DNA of 64,000 nucleotides, from IMG/VR virus record IMGVR_UViG_3300011008_000002. One strand, 5' to 3'. Position numbers and translations under genes: made by a program. This stretch comes from a virus. Taxonomy: Duplodnaviria; Caudoviricetes. A model generated the notes under the pieces. That model ran no database searches and was not told where the DNA came from. It saw only the letters and a list, made by a program, of their open reading frames with translations. Positions 1-10,859 of the stretch are shown one piece after another (positions within the stretch are counted from its first letter, which is position 1; each line of letters begins with the position of its first letter).

Positions 1-1846
1 ATTTCTCCGTAATCAAATTCCAAGGACACTGCCTCTCAAGAATTTCATCCACCAGACTTTCGATTGAAACCTCAGAATCGAGATTATCAACCATTGCCTT
101 TTTGATACTCTCATAATGTTGGTATGTTTCAATACGTTGCGCTTCTTGTTCTATAAGAGTATTCTTGATGTCATCTGTCATATTAGTAATATCAACAAAA
201 TCGCTTGGATACCTGTTCCTAACCATGATAGCAATAGTATTATAAAATCCTACATAGAAGATACGTAAGATATCCATAACCAACTGATTATCCATACCTT
301 TTTCTTCTTCAGGATTCCAATTCCCGTTATCCATCATAGTTTTCAGATTTTCACATGCAAGAGGAATTGCGATTCCTCCACCGTAAGTGACACCACCAAT
401 GTAAGCTTTTTCGCAGGCTTTAATGGCATCATCAAGGGCATCCTTTTTCGCTCTTAATTGACCTTCACCAAATCCACCAACATTGATAATGCCCATTTTA
501 AGCTTAAGCTTACCAAGACGGATAGTCTTAAGACCAACTTCTTCATTCACCATACTCTTGGCATTCATATCCTTGGCAAGCTTGTCAATCTCAGCCTGAA
601 TTGTATTGATCCTGTTCTGTAAAGCATCGGACTGCTCAATGTCACCAAACCCAGACACCACGATGTTCTTATCGGTAACACTAATGGTATCGCATACGCC
701 GAGGTATCCATCAGCCATTTTCTTTGTAAATAGCTCCATGTTCTCCCTGACATTATCACGATATGTCTTCATATCATCCTGATAAGCTTCGTCATTATCA
801 TAGGTTTTAACATTCGGCACGGGCTGTTTCATAGCCTCAACAAACTCCCGTAGAATTTCTTCTACCTCGTTGTTTTCTCGTGCATTGATGATTGCTCCAG
901 TAAGGAAACTGAAATCAATCAACATTTCTCTTTCGATGTTGAACTCTGCATTGTACCGAACCATAACCAGATTAGGGAGTGGTACATTCATCTTACTTGA
1001 TTTGATACAAGTCTGATTATATGCATCACGGAAATCCTTCTCAAAGTTCGGAGCCAATACGAATAACTCTCTGTTGAGAACAGTTCCTATGGCAGATGCA
1101 GCCATCATCAACGGCTCGAACATTCCAGCATTCATTGTATACGAGAAAATCATAATCGCCGGTCTGTCTGAAGTATATTTCTTCTCCCCAAGGTTATTCA
1201 CCTTGAACTCGCTGATCAACTTCGCACTCATATCATAACCGTCGCGGATTTCAATGAAACTGGACTCTGTACCAGAATCTTGTACCTTGATAATTGGATT
1301 TCTTGTTTCTTTGTATATATCCCTGATAAAACCGGCAGCTTCCTTATCCCAGTCCAAAGATACAAGGGCAATCTGATAAATAGTTTCCTCCAGATTTTCA
1401 TCCGTAATCTTCCAAGACGAGTTGCGAAGTTCTTCACAAATCTTCTCTACGCAGTACTCGATTGTATTGGACAAAAACTTCGAGTGAATATGATGGGTCT
1501 TCTTGTAATCCATCAATAACTGATGTATTTCGTTTGCTGCAATAAGACCAGTTGATGTACCATCGCCTGCCTTCATATTGATAGCGGTGGAAACATCAAT
1601 AATCATCTTCCTGACAACCGCAGCAAGTACGCTCTTTTGATAAATGATTGACTGTTCAACCGACCAGCCATCCTTCGTTGTAAGGAGTCGTCCACCCTCC
1701 TGATAAGCTGTATTCTCACCAAACGGACCATATGTCCTTGAGACATATTTAGCCATCTGAGAAAATACTGTATCAAACAAAGTTCTCAGTTCTTCTCCAT
1801 CTACCACATTAGGTTGCAGTGAAGATGGGTAATCCTTTTCAAACAT
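1..1846 (-). CDS. groEL: Phage-encoded GroEL-like chaperonin (3' end runs off the left edge)
   Basis: Not in the ORF track. Hand translation from ATG at 1846 (GGAGG RBS) gives MFEKDYPSS...SRTYGPFG...TTKDGWSV...AGDGTST, and later DALDDAIKA..GGVTYGGG. These are chaperonin ATP-site motifs. Confidence 0.9.
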   Translation of the reverse strand, partial: MFEKDYPSSLQPNVVDGEELRTLFDTVFSQMAKYVSRTYGPFGENTAYQEGGRLLTTKDGWSVEQSIIYQKSVLAAVVRKMIIDVSTAINMKAGDGTSTGLIAANEIHQLLMDYKKTHHIHSKFLSNTIEYCVEKICEELRNSSWKITDENLEETIYQIALVSLDWDKEAAGFIRDIYKETRNPIIKVQDSGTESSFIEIRDGYDMSAKLISEFKVNNLGEKKYTSDRPAIMIFSYTMNAGMFEPLMMAASAIGTVLNRELFVLAPNFEKDFRDAYNQTCIKSSKMNVPLPNLVMVRYNAEFNIEREMLIDFSFLTGAIINARENNEVEEILREFVEAMKQPVPNVKTYDNDEAYQDDMKTYRDNVRENMELFTKKMADGYLGVCDTISVTDKNIVVSGFGDIEQSDALQNRINTIQAEIDKLAKDMNAKSMVNEEVGLKTIRLGKLKLKMGIINVGGFGEGQLRAKKDALDDAIKACEKAYIGGVTYGGGIAIPLACENLKTMMDNGNWNPEEEKGMDNQLVMDILRIFYVGFYNTIAIMVRNRYPSDFVDITNMTDDIKNTLIEQEAQRIETYQHYESIKKAMVDNLDSEVSIESLVDEILERQCPWNLITEK

Positions 1847-1870
1847 GGTTAATTTCCTCCTTCATTTTAG

Positions 1871-1883
1871 TTATTCTCTTGTT
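1871..1883 (-). promoter_or_regulatory. Late-type phage promoter AACA-N6-TAA
   Basis: AACAAGAGAATAA upstream of the chaperonin; same form as the AR9 nvRNAP promoter consensus and recurs about 20 times in the window. Confidence 0.65.
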
Positions 1884-1904
1884 AGATAGGTATTGTAAAA
1901 TTAG

Positions 1905-2723
1905 CTAAACCGGAACACTTAATGAGTTAATAGAAAGATTATATTTCTCTCTATAATTGCTATTTGGTTCCTCTAATCTTAGTCGTCTGTAAGTTACCTG
2001 CTCATAAAACTTTTCTAGCTTGGTTCTATCCACCATCATATTGAACTCATAAGCCGGAACGATAACCTCAATCAATGATTGATGAGGATTTCTTAGATAT
2101 TTATCAACATCGCTTATGTTTTCAAACGTATAAGCATCTGCTCTGAATTCTTTAGCGTCAGCTTTCTTTTCTCCTATATAAATATTAATCTTGTTTAATC
2201 CATACCCTCTAAACGACTCATTCAAACTTTTCATTATGAAATCAGTTTGAAATGGTAACCATAAGGTAATAGATAATACGTTTCTATCGTTTGATAGTAT
2301 CTTTATCGTATTAGCAAATCCTGTAGACTGAATGAATTGGTCACAAGTAGGATTTTCTAATATATCTCTATATAAAAATCCTAAGTACTGGTCCATGGCA
2401 TCCTTAGAATTTGATTCCAAGAATTTTTCTTCATCAATCCAATCATATAAGATATTTTGATGAGTTTTAGAAGCAAATAATATTGTCAAATAAGTATCAT
2501 TGGATGGAGTATCTTCTACATCAGGAAGATTTTCCTCAAAATAATACTTAATGCAGTCATCAGTGTTTATTCTCGTCTTTATTTCATGATAAAAAAATAA
2601 ATCAATACAGAGCATAACGTTGAATACGTCTATAAAGAAATTAGAGCGTTTATATAACACAGTTTGTTTCATCATAATGAAACCTCCTTTGGGAAGAAGG
2701 TGGTGGTTAATATTAACCACCAC
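1905..2723 (-). CDS. Hypothetical protein (true start probably MMKQTVLY near 2675)
   Basis: Long ORF with GGAGG RBS before the internal ATG. Confidence 0.7.
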   Translation of the reverse strand: MVVNINHHLLPKGGFIMMKQTVLYKRSNFFIDVFNVMLCIDLFFYHEIKTRINTDDCIKYYFEENLPDVEDTPSNDTYLTILFASKTHQNILYDWIDEEKFLESNSKDAMDQYLGFLYRDILENPTCDQFIQSTGFANTIKILSNDRNVLSITLWLPFQTDFIMKSLNESFRGYGLNKINIYIGEKKADAKEFRADAYTFENISDVDKYLRNPHQSLIEVIVPAYEFNMMVDRTKLEKFYEQVTYRRLRLEEPNSNYREKYNLSINSLSVPV

Positions 2724-2732
2724 CGCTCATAT

Positions 2733-3152
2733 TTAGTTGTATACGAAGATTTTCCTGTTTTTTGTTGTTTTATCGCTGATTAGTCTGTTTTGAATTAGAC
2801 CAAAATGATATCCTGTAGCGATATCAGATACATTACCGTATGCATCAAACGATGAAAAGCGATATATAATGATTGTCCCTATATCACTTGAAAGAATACC
2901 TGGTAGTTTGTCTCTGATGCCGAACATATCAAGCTTACTTACGAACTCTAGCATATCTTCCTCGTATATGACATCAATGTCACTTACGATATATCCATTC
3001 CAACTATTTTCAAGATGGATTCTTCCGGCAATGATACCATCCGTAACTCCATTCTGAAAGGTTTTGATGTCGGATATGAATAATTTCTTTAATTCAGGAA
3101 ATGTTGTTGATACGTCTTCGATGAAATCTCTAACTTCCCTAGTTACTTTCAT
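2733..3152 (-). CDS. Hypothetical protein
   Basis: ORF coupled to the upstream gene. Confidence 0.65.
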   Translation of the reverse strand: MKVTREVRDFIEDVSTTFPELKKLFISDIKTFQNGVTDGIIAGRIHLENSWNGYIVSDIDVIYEEDMLEFVSKLDMFGIRDKLPGILSSDIGTIIIYRFSSFDAYGNVSDIATGYHFGLIQNRLISDKTTKNRKIFVYN

Positions 3153-3544
3153 TCATTATCACCTCCGCGTAGTTGTCTTCTTGTTACAATAGTTCCATCT
3201 GCATTTAACGCAGGGACTATTGATGTTGAACCATTATTGTTTCTGATACGGATATATACAACTCCTGTATCTTCGTATATGATATAGCTCCCATTTATAC
3301 TTCCGTCATAAGTGGTTCCATAATCAGTAACAAATGTCAAATTAGGTCTATACGAGTCCCAATTTGTTACAGAAGTTGTAGTTAGTTCATCACTTAGTTT
3401 AGTCTGGTCTTCTAGTGATGCTTTTGCGCAGATAACAATAACCCCAATTATTGATACTGCAAATATTAGTATTGTAAATAGAACATCTTTTCCTCTATTG
3501 TTAAGTTTATTGAATTTTCTTTCTAAGTTCTTTATGAATTTCAT
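3149..3544 (-). CDS. Membrane-anchored hypothetical protein
   Basis: N-terminal hydrophobic helix LFTILIFAVSIIGVIVIC. Confidence 0.65.
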   Translation of the reverse strand: MKFIKNLERKFNKLNNRGKDVLFTILIFAVSIIGVIVICAKASLEDQTKLSDELTTTSVTNWDSYRPNLTFVTDYGTTYDGSINGSYIIYEDTGVVYIRIRNNNGSTSIVPALNADGTIVTRRQLRGGDNE

Positions 3545-3625
3545 CGTTTCTCCTTTTGGTATAAAAGAAGATTAGGGAAAGTTGTTTCTCCCTAATCTTC
3601 CTTTCCCAATCATGCTGGTTTTATC

Positions 3626-3907
3626 TTATATTGTAGATGAGACATTGTGAACTGTCATGTTCTCAAATTTCTTGTAAGCATCAATGTACAACTCGTCTGT
3701 ATCGCCATTCAAGGTGAATTCATAGTACATACCATCAGGTAAGGTTGTACTTGCAAGTGCTTTCCAGTTCTGGAGAGTTTTGCACTGCCAAACGATGTAC
3801 ACTTCGTCCTCTGTTATAAATATTTTATCAGAAGGATCCAAATGCTTGTTTACATAGCTCACAAGTTCTCTTTTAACGATTTTAACAAATTTTACATCAG
3901 TCATCAT
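3626..3907 (-). CDS. DUF6275-like protein
   Basis: VWQCKTLQNWKALAST..DGMYYEFT.NGD...YIDAYKK pattern. Confidence 0.75.
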   Translation of the reverse strand: MMTDVKFVKIVKRELVSYVNKHLDPSDKIFITEDEVYIVWQCKTLQNWKALASTTLPDGMYYEFTLNGDTDELYIDAYKKFENMTVHNVSSTI

Positions 3908-3975
3908 TATTTCTCCTTATTTTAGATTATTGAGATACTCATTAAAAAGTATCAAGTTGTTTTGGTCTACTTAGT

Positions 3976-4776
3976 TTATTCTCCTTCAAAGGGGATATTC
4001 AAATCATCCAGATTGGTAATTTGATCAACAGGAGCATTCATTGCGTTTGTGTCAAACAATGATGGCTGACCATACCTTGCTCCGCCTCTCTGTGATGAAT
4101 ATGCACTGGACATTTCTGCCCCTACTTTGTTACCAATAGAGCGGATGTCTGTCGCAATCATGTCCTTAAACGACTTATCAACAACACGGTTAGCGTGGTT
4201 CCAAGCCTTTGAAGAACCTGCAACGAAGTTCTTGGTATCTTCATAGAACAGCAAGAATTCATTGTCCGTTATATCTCTGCCGCCGAATTTTCCGGTCTCA
4301 GGGTCGTAGTCTTTGATAACTTCACCATTACGGAATTCATATTCGATGACTTCCTTACTGGTGAGATTGGACGTATCAATGTTCTTAATAAGCCTCACAT
4401 AGGCAACCATGACACCTTTCTCACCAGTTCTCACACCAACACCGAACTGGTTAATTTCCGCCACAGGAACTGATATGAACTTATCCACCTTTTCTTTCAG
4501 TGCAGGAATAAGTTCATTTTCAATTCCTTTGAACAAGTCGACACACTTTACCCTGCTGATACAGGTAATCCAGCTATGTGCATAGTCGTATCTCCGCTTT
4601 TCTGTCCTCTCATTCTCTGGAAGTTCCGGAGTGATAACGATTTTTAACATATCACCCTGATAATCCCACTCCAAAGCCGTGGGTTTCTTCTGGGTCGAAT
4701 TGAAGGTTTGATAACCTCTCGTGCGAACATCTTTCTGTTCACTATTGTTTTCAGCCATTTTTAAATCCTCCTTCAT
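3976..4776 (-). CDS. Putative single-stranded DNA-binding protein
   Basis: Directly downstream of the DNA polymerase gene; flexible Gly-rich tail ending in acidic DDLNIPFEGE. Confidence 0.4.
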   Translation of the reverse strand: MKEDLKMAENNSEQKDVRTRGYQTFNSTQKKPTALEWDYQGDMLKIVITPELPENERTEKRRYDYAHSWITCISRVKCVDLFKGIENELIPALKEKVDKFISVPVAEINQFGVGVRTGEKGVMVAYVRLIKNIDTSNLTSKEVIEYEFRNGEVIKDYDPETGKFGGRDITDNEFLLFYEDTKNFVAGSSKAWNHANRVVDKSFKDMIATDIRSIGNKVGAEMSSAYSSQRGGARYGQPSLFDTNAMNAPVDQITNLDDLNIPFEGE

Positions 4777-4823
4777 GTTGGTTTAAGTATTCAATATATA
4801 CTTGTATCTTTGTTAATCCCATC

Positions 4824-6788
4824 CTATACATTCAGAATGTTTGACGCATATTCATTATCACCTGCTGTAATAGTAATAAACGATAGTGCTTTCAGTACAG
4901 GATAGAATGTTCCAGAATTTCTAGTGATGATTCTTTCCGTATCAATTACCTCATAAACCCATTCAGGTATTAAAGAATCATCATTTGGAAGGGCTAGATA
5001 TTTAACACCCTTTGTCTCAAGTTCTTTGATACCACCGTGAAATATATTTCTCCTGATAATATCTGCTTCCCTGGGGAATTTCGGTGCAAGTTTCTTCATC
5101 AATACTTCTTCATTTGGAATATTGATAAATACAACGTCACACTTGTCTGGTATCATAATAACATTATCTGGATTTAATATATTCCACAACAACGGTCCAG
5201 TAACTGCCCCTTGTGAATAAGGTTCTGCATAAGACCGTTCCACTTTACAGTTCATCCTAACAAGATAGGTTCTTTCTCTATTAGCAATAGACTCTCTAAT
5301 CTTCTTCTCAAGGTTAGCGACATCCCTCATAAGACCAACGACGTTTACTTTTGGGTCATTGATAATGTCTTTCCTAATAATACCCATTAATTCTTCTTCT
5401 ATATGGGCATTTACTCCTGCTTTCTTGAAGTCATGACCCTTCAACTCTATCTTGTTGACCTGCTTTCCTTCCCTAAGTCTAATATTCGCAATATATCGCT
5501 TTTTAGCATTTGCTAATAGAACCTTAGAGAAATAGAACTCGTTCTTTGTATTAAGTCTTTTATGAAACCTTGGTAATACGTTACAATCATCTGCGTATCT
5601 ATCAAGAAGCTCTCTTGCCATTCTTGTAACAAGATAAGCCAGTGTATTCACACTACAGAACCGTTTGTCCTCATCGTTCATAACTGTAGTAGAATGAGAC
5701 CAGATTGCTTCCTGAGTATAATTCACCCAAGGCTCAATATTGATAACGTTAGAGTCTGTATCTATTAAGATAACTCGTTCTCTTGGGTCATGTTTCAATC
5801 TATCTATCTGCTCTGTATAAGCATGATTATAGAAGACGAATTCTCTACAGTATTCCCAAACGAATTGTAAATCGCTATCAATATTTTCCGGTACAGAGTT
5901 AGGGCTACGGAAAGACTCGGTCTTATCAAAAATACCGATTAGTCTTGATTTAATTAAGTCGTTTTCGATAAACTCAAATAGGTTATTATTGTAATATAAC
6001 CTAGTAAGTTCTTCTACTGAACAATTTCTGAGAATGTTTCTCATCACCGGTTCATAGTCATTTTTCCATTCCCAGAAATGACTTTTCCATAACTTGAATA
6101 CATCTTCAGTGTCTCTAATAAGTCTAAGACCATCGACTGGTAATTTATGAGGGTCTTTTCTTATAATGTTTCCTGCCATAGTAACCAATTCCCCAAGTGA
6201 CTTGAATTTCACTGCATTATTGAGGAAGGCTTCAAATGCCATAGCTGTAGTTGATATTAGTGATTGAGCAGTACCTGTTGTACTTGCTGCTGTGTAGATG
6301 TTATACAACTGGAAGGTTCTAGCACCAAATGCTCCATATATAGCATTAATCTTAACCTTAGCTTCCATTTGCATCATCTCAAAATATTGATACTCGTATG
6401 AATCAGTCTCACCGTTTGGACCAAGATAAGTATCTCTTATCTTTTGATATTCTTTACGGGCTACAATACGTCCATCAATAACATTTTGTATTGGTGATGA
6501 ACGAATGTCTTGATTATAAAAGAAAGTTCCATTACCTGCCGCAATAGGTTTATTTTTATAAAACCAATCATATAGTTTAAGTAAATCTGCTTGTACCTTC
6601 ATATCATCCTGGTAGTCATTATGAAGATACGCTTGCGGATTTACAATATACTTCTGGGCAACATCCATTAGCACTTTACGTAAAACATTGTCACTTGCAT
6701 TCGGATATTGCATTTTGAAATAAACCATGTTATCATTCACCCAGTCTTGAACAAACTTTGACTGGAGAAGTACATTTTGATCAATCAT
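4824..6788 (-). CDS. Family B DNA polymerase, C-terminal catalytic subunit of a split enzyme
   Basis: Motif B KVKINAIYG, motif C ILIDTDS, KKRY; lacks exonuclease and motif A. Confidence 0.85.
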   Translation of the reverse strand: MIDQNVLLQSKFVQDWVNDNMVYFKMQYPNASDNVLRKVLMDVAQKYIVNPQAYLHNDYQDDMKVQADLLKLYDWFYKNKPIAAGNGTFFYNQDIRSSPIQNVIDGRIVARKEYQKIRDTYLGPNGETDSYEYQYFEMMQMEAKVKINAIYGAFGARTFQLYNIYTAASTTGTAQSLISTTAMAFEAFLNNAVKFKSLGELVTMAGNIIRKDPHKLPVDGLRLIRDTEDVFKLWKSHFWEWKNDYEPVMRNILRNCSVEELTRLYYNNNLFEFIENDLIKSRLIGIFDKTESFRSPNSVPENIDSDLQFVWEYCREFVFYNHAYTEQIDRLKHDPRERVILIDTDSNVINIEPWVNYTQEAIWSHSTTVMNDEDKRFCSVNTLAYLVTRMARELLDRYADDCNVLPRFHKRLNTKNEFYFSKVLLANAKKRYIANIRLREGKQVNKIELKGHDFKKAGVNAHIEEELMGIIRKDIINDPKVNVVGLMRDVANLEKKIRESIANRERTYLVRMNCKVERSYAEPYSQGAVTGPLLWNILNPDNVIMIPDKCDVVFINIPNEEVLMKKLAPKFPREADIIRRNIFHGGIKELETKGVKYLALPNDDSLIPEWVYEVIDTERIITRNSGTFYPVLKALSFITITAGDNEYASNILNV

Positions 6789-7198
6789 CTCATATACCTC
6801 CTTGTTAATAAAATGTAAATTGAGGTGTGATTTGCTATGATTGTAATATATTTATTATAATGGGTAAAAATAGAGAGTTGGAACATGTTCCAACTCTCTT
6901 GACCATCTTTTAGATTACATCAGCTAGCATCTGAGTAAGAAATTCTTGAAAGTTTTCTGATTCGAACTCAGTTCATTTCATTGACAACCCCTTTGATGGT
7001 ATTCATAATTTACCTCCTTGGTAAAGTATATTGTCATAGATACGTGATTTTAATATAGTAATGATTATGGGTTCTCAATTATTTACTGGTGGGTTATCTA
7101 CGTATTCAACACTATTAGGATAAATTATTCGATAGTCTCGTCATTATGGTTTCTACGGCTCAACAAATCAATAATGACTAAAATAAGGAGGTATCAGC

Positions 7199-7768
7199 AT
7201 GGCGAAGTATAGAACCTTGAGTTCAGACCCTCAAACAACAACGCCCACTATGGAGAATATATCTATACCTGTTGCTGAGTATGGTGCTTATCATTTTCCG
7301 GCTGCATTAGCCAACCTAATCCAAGGAACTATTCCTGTAAGGAGTGGTGGCACTGGTATTGATAGCCTCACTGGTGGAAAGTTGATGGCTTCAAATGAGG
7401 ACGGACTCATGATGGAAGAAATTGATGTCCCTGTTCAAAGTCTCGCTCACCTCAGGGGTAATATACAGGATCAGCTCGATAAGGCTCGTACTTATATCGT
7501 GGCTGTACCTACTACTGGTTGGGTAGAGAACCCTGATGGAGACGGATATAAGCAGGTGATTGAGGTTGTTGGTATGTTATCTGAAGACAACCCTGTCGTC
7601 GCTCTTGTCACATCTTCTGCAACCACGACGGATACTCTGAATGATCTCAGAGCAGCGTATGATTGCATTGACAAGATTTATACAGGGGTTGATAACATCA
7701 CGGTTTATTGTTTCGATGAAACGCCGACTACAGCCTTCTCGATTAGTCTTCACTGTATCGGTGCTTAG
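7199..7768 (+). CDS. Putative virion/tail-associated protein
   Basis: Late promoter at 7162-7174; fibre-like GTIPVRSGGTG segment. Confidence 0.45.
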   Translation: MAKYRTLSSDPQTTTPTMENISIPVAEYGAYHFPAALANLIQGTIPVRSGGTGIDSLTGGKLMASNEDGLMMEEIDVPVQSLAHLRGNIQDQLDKARTYIVAVPTTGWVENPDGDGYKQVIEVVGMLSEDNPVVALVTSSATTTDTLNDLRAAYDCIDKIYTGVDNITVYCFDETPTTAFSISLHCIGA

Positions 7769-7814
7769 AAAATAAGCACAAACCAAACAAAATAAAGAAA
7801 GGAGAACTAAGAAC

Positions 7815-8384
7815 ATGTCTAATCTTAGTGCATTGATGACACAGAACGGTTCTGTCGAACTCGGCGAAAACACATTCGAGAGTATGACCGATACCGATAT
7901 GGCAAACATTTTGGCTGTAGCTATGGAAGAAGCTATTGTTGAGAGTGTTACCGAGGAAATGCTTGCACCTGAGAATAATGGTGCGCTAATGGAGGGAACT
8001 TTGCCGGAAGATAAGTCCGTTCTGGAAGTTTCTATTGTCCGTTTGGATAAGAAGGCAAAGAAGCAGAAGGCGTACAAGCTTGCGATTTTGCAGTGTGCAA
8101 AGGATGCTGAAAATAAGGACTACAAGAAGCTTGAAACTCTCTGGCGTATGGAGAAGTTCTTGTTCAGGAAGCTTGAGAAGAAGTATGCCGCTCGTGCAAG
8201 GAGCCGTATGAATCAGACTGCGAACAAGGCATCTGGTAATCATCCGGTTGTGAAGAAGGCTAAGGGTGGTCTTACCAGGTCTCAAAAGGAAACTCAGAAG
8301 GCACTGGCTGGACAGACTAAGCCCCCTACGCAGATTAAGAACCAGTTCAAGACGATTACTGCCAAGTTGAAGAGCAAGGTTTGA
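7815..8384 (+). CDS. Putative internal head protein (acidic propeptide plus basic domain)
   Basis: Acidic N-terminal third with TFES/AMEE/IVES/LMEG/VLEV motifs, followed by a Lys/Arg-rich body. Confidence 0.45.
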   Translation: MSNLSALMTQNGSVELGENTFESMTDTDMANILAVAMEEAIVESVTEEMLAPENNGALMEGTLPEDKSVLEVSIVRLDKKAKKQKAYKLAILQCAKDAENKDYKKLETLWRMEKFLFRKLEKKYAARARSRMNQTANKASGNHPVVKKAKGGLTRSQKETQKALAGQTKPPTQIKNQFKTITAKLKSKV

Positions 8385-8531
8385 TGATCCAATCTTAATA
8401 CAATGGTACACTGAATTCAAAAGAATGAATGGAGATTATAATATCTACCATTCATTCTTTTATTCATATATTAAGAAATGGTGAAGTAGGTCACAATCAT
8501 ATATAATACATGAAAAAGGAGGATACGAAGT

Positions 8532-10844
8532 ATGGTTTTAGCAGACGGACTGGACATCCAGGACGATTTCGACATTACTAAGATTGATACTGGCTTAACT
8601 CCGAAGGCGAAAGAAATCATGAAGATGCTTGACGAAAAAGTATTTGTCATTGATGATGTCGTTGAGGAGGGCAAACGAATTGGGGATGAAAAAGGCGACC
8701 CCGACTATTTTCAGGAGTATTATCAAGATTTCTATAAGAAATTACTTCTGATGGAACTACATGGATTTGAGCATAAGGAGTTCAGGGAGCATCCGGTATA
8801 CTTCAAGTTTCATAATGATAAAAATGAAGTATTGAAGCACATGGAGTTTCGATATTTCGTGTTTAATCTTGTTTTCTGGTATCCGATTATAACAGTGGAT
8901 TCATCCTTATTAAATGATGAACATATTGTCACTCGTTCTATGGGTAAGAGGATGAATTCTAAATTCATTGCGGCTTATATGAATAAGTATTATGCAAAGC
9001 CGTATGCCAAGACTATCGGATACAGAACAAGGTCGGAGACATTTGCGGATGTGAACTTCTTACTCAATATGATTCCGCTTAAGTTCAATTCATTCATAGG
9101 CTTGTCTATCAGCATCGAGGAAATTCGTGACATGTCGAGAAGAATGCCCGGTTTCAAAGAGGGGCTTTACGTGAAACTCGATGAAACAAAACAGCCTATG
9201 GAACAGGAAATACAAAAACATGAATTTGACAAACTTCAACATGAAAGGATTGCGAATGATGAAGAATTCACAACCCTTAAAACGTTAGTTCAGTCAAATT
9301 CTGTAAAGATGGCTCAGCTTGCAGAGCTTGATTCAAACATTGGTCCTAAACCTGATGAACAGGGGAATACGATTCCAATTCCGATTAACAATAATTACGT
9401 TACGGGTAATTTGTCTTCTATCCCCAAGTATTATATAAACTGTATATCAGGAAGAAAAGCTGCCATTACTAACCACGAATATATGGGTCCTGGTGGTTAT
9501 GTCTTGATACTTGTTGCATTGTTAAGTTCTCAGGTGAAATTAAGTAAGACAGTTACTGATTGTAAGACAGCTAATCCGATACCAATTCTAGTTCGGTCGG
9601 ATGAACATCTGAAACATTTGAATGGAAGACGGTATCGAATGAATCAAAGGCAACTTTATAAAATAATCGACTATGAGACCGATAAGGATTTAATCGGTCA
9701 ATATATTTGGGTACGTTCACCCATTACTTGTGCAGCACACGACGGTGTTTGTATGGAATGTTATGGTGAATTGTACCACACAAACAAAGACTTATATTCA
9801 GCCGGATGCTATGCGGCTTTTACTCAGCTTAATCCTGTCGTTCAGGGGTTGTTATCTGCAAAACATTTCCAGGGTACATCTTCAAAACTGATTGATTTTG
9901 GAAATGGTTATGAGAAGTACTTTGTTATTGCTTCAACAGATGTCATATTAAATCCTGATTTGGGAGATGTTGAGTTATATTCCCTCATTATACTGACAGA
10001 GGATATCAGCTCGTCTGATTATATGAATGATGACGATGATATCGAGAAGGACAATAAGTTTAACGATGGTGGGAATAAGAGAAGAACAAAAAAGAAAAAG
10101 AAATCTGAGTCGGATAATGTCGAAGAATTTGATGGTGAACTTGGAGACATTACTGATGATGAGGCTGAGATTAGACTGAACTTTTATGTTCCGAAATTTT
10201 ATGTGGCAAAGAACCTTCACAGCAAGAAAAAGGAACTGATCGAAGTCACTCAGTTTATGGATCCAAATATTTCAGAACTTTATATGCATGATGATTTAAT
10301 TATGCGTATGAATGAAGGAGCGGTTGATTTGTTTGGTGGTAAAGAATATCTCTATCTTGACCTTGACGATATTTCTTATGATGAGTTTATCTTTATGGTC
10401 GATGTTAAGAATAATGAATTAACCGTACCTATGAAGAAAATTCAAGCACTAATTCACAATCAGAATCACGCAGGAGCTACGACTTATGAAGAAATGGCTC
10501 AGATGATGATTGATCTTACAATTGAATCAAAGATTGATGCGACGGCTGTTCATGGTGAGATGATTATCAGACAGCTTATTAGGAAACCGCTCAATCAGAG
10601 AGAAAGACCTGAGTTTTCCAGGATTATTATGCCTGAAGACTATACGATACTATCTGTTCTCACAGCATTGAAGCAGAACGAATCATTCTCTATGTCTATG
10701 AGTGCATCTTATCTGAAGTATCAGTTACTTCAACTTACAGATACTTTTAATAAGTACAAGCCTTCAGATTTTGATTGGTTCTATAAGCGCAACATTGTTA
10801 TAGATGAGAACAAAGAGTTCTACGGTGAACCAACTGATGACTAA
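8532..10844 (+). CDS. Phage multisubunit RNA polymerase beta'-like subunit (C-terminal part), probably non-virion RNAP
   Basis: VRSPITC....GVCMECYG zinc site; trigger-loop-like QGLLSAKH; early motif TATATTAA at 8467. Confidence 0.85.
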   Translation: MVLADGLDIQDDFDITKIDTGLTPKAKEIMKMLDEKVFVIDDVVEEGKRIGDEKGDPDYFQEYYQDFYKKLLLMELHGFEHKEFREHPVYFKFHNDKNEVLKHMEFRYFVFNLVFWYPIITVDSSLLNDEHIVTRSMGKRMNSKFIAAYMNKYYAKPYAKTIGYRTRSETFADVNFLLNMIPLKFNSFIGLSISIEEIRDMSRRMPGFKEGLYVKLDETKQPMEQEIQKHEFDKLQHERIANDEEFTTLKTLVQSNSVKMAQLAELDSNIGPKPDEQGNTIPIPINNNYVTGNLSSIPKYYINCISGRKAAITNHEYMGPGGYVLILVALLSSQVKLSKTVTDCKTANPIPILVRSDEHLKHLNGRRYRMNQRQLYKIIDYETDKDLIGQYIWVRSPITCAAHDGVCMECYGELYHTNKDLYSAGCYAAFTQLNPVVQGLLSAKHFQGTSSKLIDFGNGYEKYFVIASTDVILNPDLGDVELYSLIILTEDISSSDYMNDDDDIEKDNKFNDGGNKRRTKKKKKSESDNVEEFDGELGDITDDEAEIRLNFYVPKFYVAKNLHSKKKELIEVTQFMDPNISELYMHDDLIMRMNEGAVDLFGGKEYLYLDLDDISYDEFIFMVDVKNNELTVPMKKIQALIHNQNHAGATTYEEMAQMMIDLTIESKIDATAVHGEMIIRQLIRKPLNQRERPEFSRIIMPEDYTILSVLTALKQNESFSMSMSASYLKYQLLQLTDTFNKYKPSDFDWFYKRNIVIDENKEFYGEPTDD

Positions 10845-10859
10845 GGAGGATAAGAAAAA

